Below, piece after piece: positions 9,080 to 12,842 of a stretch of 12,842 nt of DNA. Origin of the DNA: an uncultured Acidobacteriota bacterium (lineage in GTDB: Bacteria; Acidobacteriota; Thermoanaerobaculia; Gp7-AA8). Positions within the stretch are counted from its first letter, which is position 1. The number at the start of each line of letters is the position of its first letter. Both the position numbers and the translations under genes were made by a program. The stretch spans positions 1 to 12,842 of the forward strand of contig CAVUKB010000015.1 of the NCBI GenBank assembly GCA_963741955.1. Direction: 5' to 3'. The notes below the pieces were generated by a model. It saw only the letters and a program-made list of their open reading frames with translations, was not told the origin of the DNA and made no database searches.

Positions 9080-9575
9080 ATGACGGAAACCGTATCGACG
9101 ATGACCGAGACCGAACAGAGGCTGGGACTCGTTTTCCAATACACGGTCGAAGCCTACAAGGTGTTCGAGAAGCTTGCTGAAGTGCTGCCGAATCCCGTGA
9201 CCGCGGCGATGTTCGAGAACTTCGCCGAGGATGAGAGGGGCCTTCGCGATCTGCTGGAGATCAAGTATTCGGCGGGACATGCGCGGGAAGATCACTCTCG
9301 GCGCAGATCTGCGCTACCTCGACATGGTGGAGGGCGATCTCTCGTATCGCGAGATGACCGAGATGATGATCGCGCGCGAGCGGGCGATGGAGAAGAAGCT
9401 GAACGAATGGGTGACGAACGGATCGGAGTCCGATCGCAACCTCTTCGCTATCTGGCGGCGACCAAGCGCGCTCATCTCGTATTTCTCGACCGCGAGCTGA
9501 CGCTGATCCAGTTCTATCCCCAGTGGTTCCGCCGCGAAGACGCCGAGTCGCTCATCGTGCACGGAACTTCCGAAA
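9080..9575 (+). CDS. Ferritin-like/rubrerythrin-fold helical protein with a degenerate metal site; frameshifted, 3' end uncertain
   Basis: GAGG RBS and ATG 9080. EAYKVFEKLAE...AMFENFAEDERGL and, after switching to ORF 9231 and back, ARERAMEKKL...DRNLFRYLAATKRAH match the two-repeat helix pattern of rubrerythrin-like proteins. Confidence 0.55.
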
Positions 9576-9867
9576 AATCAGCCCAACATCTCCATCACTC
9601 CGGAGGCCTCCGCCCGATTGCAGAGCGATCTGCAGGGGGGAGTCCTCCGGATCTCCTTCACCACCGGATGTGGAGGGAGCGGCTACCGGATTGCGTCTTC
9701 CTCCGCCCCCTGGATGAGGATGTGGTGGTGGAGGCGGAGAGGTCGTGGTTGCCCTCGACCAGATGGCGGCGCGCAACCTGGATGGCGCGGAGATCGTGTA
9801 CGCCGAGGAAGAATCGGGCTATTCGATCCGCCATCCGAATGCGGTCAGCGCGGTCTGGTGCGGCTGA
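9576..9867 (+). CDS. HesB/IscA-like (A-type Fe-S carrier fold) domain; frameshifted, no start codon of its own visible
   Basis: Stitched translation: NISITPEASARLQSDLQGGVLRISFTTGCGGSGYRIASSSAP/LDEDVVVEAE/VVVALDQMAARNLDGAEIVYAEEESGYSIRHPNAVSAVWCG-stop. This follows the IscA pattern ITxxA...LRI...GCxG.Y...D....LDG..I.Y......F...NPNA...CGCG. Confidence 0.75.
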
Positions 9868-9893
9868 ACCGCTGGCAAGAGATCTCCGATCGG

Positions 9894-10388
9894 TCAGACG
9901 AATCGCGGCTCCGACGTCCCCAGGATCCCTCCGCGATTGAGAAGCACCAGCTCGAGCTCACGAATCTGCGAGCTGTTTCCCGAGCGGAGAATCATTCTGC
10001 AATCGGTCAGCGGAAAGAATGGATCACGCTGCAGAAGGTAATCCGAGACTCTGACTCCGGTTCCCACCCAGAGCGTGCCACTGATCACTCCCCCGTTGAA
10101 CGCGCACGAAACATCTTTCTCGTTGGCGTTCGCCACGACTTTCGCGCTCGGCTCGGGGATGTCGGGAATGATCAGGATCACCGTCCGGCGCTGCAGAGCG
10201 AAGAACGGCACCCGTTTTTCGAGCCCCGGAAGGGCCACGTCTTTCAATTTGAAAAAGTCGTGCTGGTGATTGACGTAGTCGGTGAGGCTTCGCCGGGCCG
10301 GAACCATGAACCAGCCCCGAACCCATCCTGCGGTCGTCAGAAGCTGTGCCCCGAGGTCACGTTGAGTCGGAGGCGTGTACTGACTCAT
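9894..10388 (-). CDS. Hypothetical protein with two tandem copies of a small beta-rich domain (DUF6812-like)
   Basis: ATG at 10388 preceded by GGAG; 164 aa. Repeat 1 is GWVRGWFMVPARRSLTDYVN..DFFKLKD..FFALQRRTV and repeat 2 is GVISGTLWVGTGVRVSDYLL..PFFPLTD..LVLLNRGGI. The family name is from memory of the motif. The ORF-track extension to 10586 runs into the repeat array and is probably spurious. Confidence 0.7.
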   Translation of the reverse strand: MSQYTPPTQRDLGAQLLTTAGWVRGWFMVPARRSLTDYVNHQHDFFKLKDVALPGLEKRVPFFALQRRTVILIIPDIPEPSAKVVANANEKDVSCAFNGGVISGTLWVGTGVRVSDYLLQRDPFFPLTDCRMILRSGNSSQIRELELVLLNRGGILGTSEPRFV

Positions 10389-10544
10389 GCTCCACTCCGC
10401 GATCGGAGTCGCCTCCACCGGACCCTGTGATCCGTGGCGCAGCGGCGGCGATGCCGGATCCTCTATATCGGTACCGTCGCATTCTACAGGTTCTGCAGAT
10501 CCGAAACCGAACGGAGATTCCGGGACAGCCGCGCCGGGACGGGA

Positions 10545-12842
10545 GCCAGCGCCGGGGGAGCGCGGATCCTCTGATCCGCACGCCACACTCGCGTTCAGAT
10601 CGGATCGAGACCATCCCTGCGGCAGAAGCGGAGCTGTTCGCTCGAGACGCTGGAACCACCGACGCTTCGCGCACAGCCACAGCCTTCGTCTTCATCGCGT
10701 ACAACACGATTCGCGCGGCGGATCGGAGGATCCGCACCCCCTTCGAACGCGTGCGGCGGATCGCGCCGGCGCCGGGGGAAGCCAGCGCCGGGGGAGCGCG
10801 GATCCTCTGATCCGCACGCCACACTCGCGTTCAGATCGGATCGAGACCATCCCTGCGGCAGAAGCGGAGCTGTTCGCTTGAGACGCTGGAACCACCGACG
10901 CTTCGCGCACAGCCGCAGCCTTCCTCTTCATCGCGTACAACACGATTCGCGCGGCGGATCGGAGGATCCGCACCCCTTCGAACGCGTGCGGCGGAACGCG
11001 CCGGGGGGACCAGCGCCGGGGGAGCGCGGATCCTTCCGATCCGCACGCCACACTCGCGTTCAGATCGGATCGAGACATCCCTGCGGCAGAAGCGGAGCTG
11101 TTCGCTCGAGACGCTGGAACCACCGACGCTTCGCGCACAGCCGCAGCCTTCGAGTTCATCGCGTACAACACGATTCGCGCGGCGGACGGAGGATCCGCAT
11201 CCCTTCGAACGCGTGCGGCGGAACGCGCCGGGGGGAGCCAGCGCCGGGGGAGCGCGGATCCTCTGATCCGCACGCCACACTCGCGTTCAGATCGGATCGA
11301 GACCATCCCTGCGGCAGAAGCGGAGCTGTTCGCTTGAGACGCTGGAACCACCGACGCTTCGCGCACAGCCGCAGCCTTCGTCTTCATCGCGTACAACACG
11401 ATTCGCGCGGCGGATCGGAGGATCCGCACCCCCTTCGAACGCGTGCGGCGGATCGCGCCGGGGGAAGCCAGCGCCGGGGGAGCGCGGATACCTGATCCGC
11501 ACGCCACACTCGCGTTCAGATCGGATCGAGACCATCCCTGCGGCAGAAGCGGAGCTGTTCGCTCCAGACGCTGGAACCACCGACGCTTCGCGCACGGCCA
11601 CAGCCTTCCTCTTCCTCACGTACAACACGATTCGCGCGGCGGATCGGAGGATCCGCACCCCCTTCGAACGCGTGCGGCGGATCGCGCGGGGGAAGCCAGC
11701 GCCGGGGGAGCGCGGATCCTCTGATCCGCACGCCACACTCGCGTTCAGATCGGATCGAGACCATCCCTGCGGCAGAAGCGGAGCTGTTCGCTCGAGACGC
11801 TGGAACCACCGACGCTTCGCGCACAGCCACAGCCTTCCTCTTCATCACGTACAACACGATTCGCGCGGCGGATCGGAGGATCCGCACCCCCTTCAACGCG
11901 TGCGGCGGATCGCGCCGGGGAAGCCAGCTCCGGGGAGCGCGGATCCTCTGATCCGCACGCCACACTCGCGTTCAGATCGGATCGAGACCATCCCTGCGGC
12001 AGAAGCGGAGCTGTTCGCTCGAGACGCTGGAACCACCGACGCTTCGCGCACAGCCGCAGCCTTCCTCTTCATCGCGTACAACACGATTCGCGCGGCGGAT
12101 CGGAGGATCCGCACCCCCTTCGAACGCGTGCGGCGGATCGCGCCGGGGGAAGCCAGCGCCGGGGGAGCGCGGATCCTCTGATCCGCACGCCACACTCCCG
12201 TTCAGATCGGATCGAGACCATCCCTGCGGCAGAAGCGGAGCTGTTCGCTCGAGACGCTGGAACCACCGACGCTTCGCGCACAGCCGCAGCGCGTCTTCAT
12301 CACGTACAACACGATTCGCGCGGCGGATCGGAGGGTCCGCACCCCCTTCGAACGCGTGCGGCGGATCGCGCCGGGGGAAGCCAGCGCCGGGGAGCGCGGA
12401 TCCTCTGATCCCACGCGACACTCGCGTTCAGATGGGATCGAGACCATCCCTGCGGCAGAAGCGGAGCTGTTCGCTTGAAACGCTGGAACCACCGACGCTT
12501 CGCGCACAGCCACAGCCTTCCTCTTCATCGCGTACAACACGATTCGCGCGGCGGATCGGAGGATCCGCACCCCCTTCGAACGCGTGCGGCGGATCGCGCC
12601 GGGGGAAGCCAGCGCCGGGGGAGCGCGGATCCTCTGATCCGCACGCCACACTCGCGTTCAGATCGGATCGAGACCATCTCTGCGGCAGAAGCGGAGCTGT
12701 TCGCTCGAGACGCTGGAACCACCGACGCTTCGCGCACAGCCGCAGCCTTCCTCTTCATCGCGTACAACACGATTCGCGCGGCAGATCGGAGGATCCGCAC
12801 CCCCTTCGAACGCGTGCGGCGGATCGCGCCGGGGGAAGCCAG
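10545..12842. repeat. Tandem array of ~230-bp units (10 complete plus the start of an 11th), REP-doublet/BIME-like, truncated by the window end
   Basis: The anchor GCCAGCGCCGGGGGAGCGCGGATCC (or a close variant) recurs at ~10545, 10781, 11009, 11237, 11467, 11695, 11923, 12152, 12380, 12608 and 12838, with periods of 228-236. Units are near-identical and have no unique spacers. Confidence 0.95.

Noticed and set aside
9856-9900. Selenocysteine read-through at TGC-GGC-TGA (C-G-U) in the HesB-like domain
   Set aside because: Aligning HPNAVSAVWCG to NPNAxxxCGCG places the existing Cys at the last Cys position, so TGA is best read as a stop. I see no evident SECIS hairpin, and the convergent gene ends 27 bp later.
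9618-10430. 270-aa + strand ORF
   Set aside because: Only its first ~30 codons belong to the HesB-like domain. The rest is out of frame or antisense to the 9894-10388 gene.
10346-12800. Many repeated ORFs on both strands within the array (MACGSEDPRS..., MWRADQRIRA...)
   Set aside because: The unit length is not a multiple of 3, so frames rotate and hit stops. There is no recognisable domain. They are by-products of GC-rich repeats, though a short per-unit peptide cannot be strictly excluded.
10545-12842. CRISPR array
   Set aside because: Whole 230-bp units are repeated, with no unique spacers and no cas genes in the window.

Overview
GC-rich bacterial DNA, probably from an uncorrected long-read or low-coverage consensus, because several genes carry clustered single-base indels. 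From left to right: inverted 7-nt repeat tracts (4-274); a frameshifted Zn-dependent alcohol/formaldehyde dehydrogenase; an Mth938-like gene (minus strand); a 2-oxoacid dehydrogenase/lipoylation operon (E1 alpha, E1 beta, E2, CPBP/CAAX membrane protease, LipB fused to a Nudix hydrolase, LipA). This is followed by a [2Fe-2S] ferredoxin, a degenerate ferritin/rubrerythrin-like protein and a reduced HesB/IscA-like domain, none of which appears intact in the ORF track. After a convergent, internally duplicated hypothetical gene, the last 2.3 kb is a non-coding tandem array of at least 10 copies of a ~230-bp unit. Each unit contains an inverted pair of REP-like palindromes and recurrent polymorphisms shuffled among copies, and the array runs off the window edge. 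The array and the LipB-Nudix/LipA/Fe-S accessory module are the most interesting parts. All calls come from reading motifs by eye; no database searches were run.
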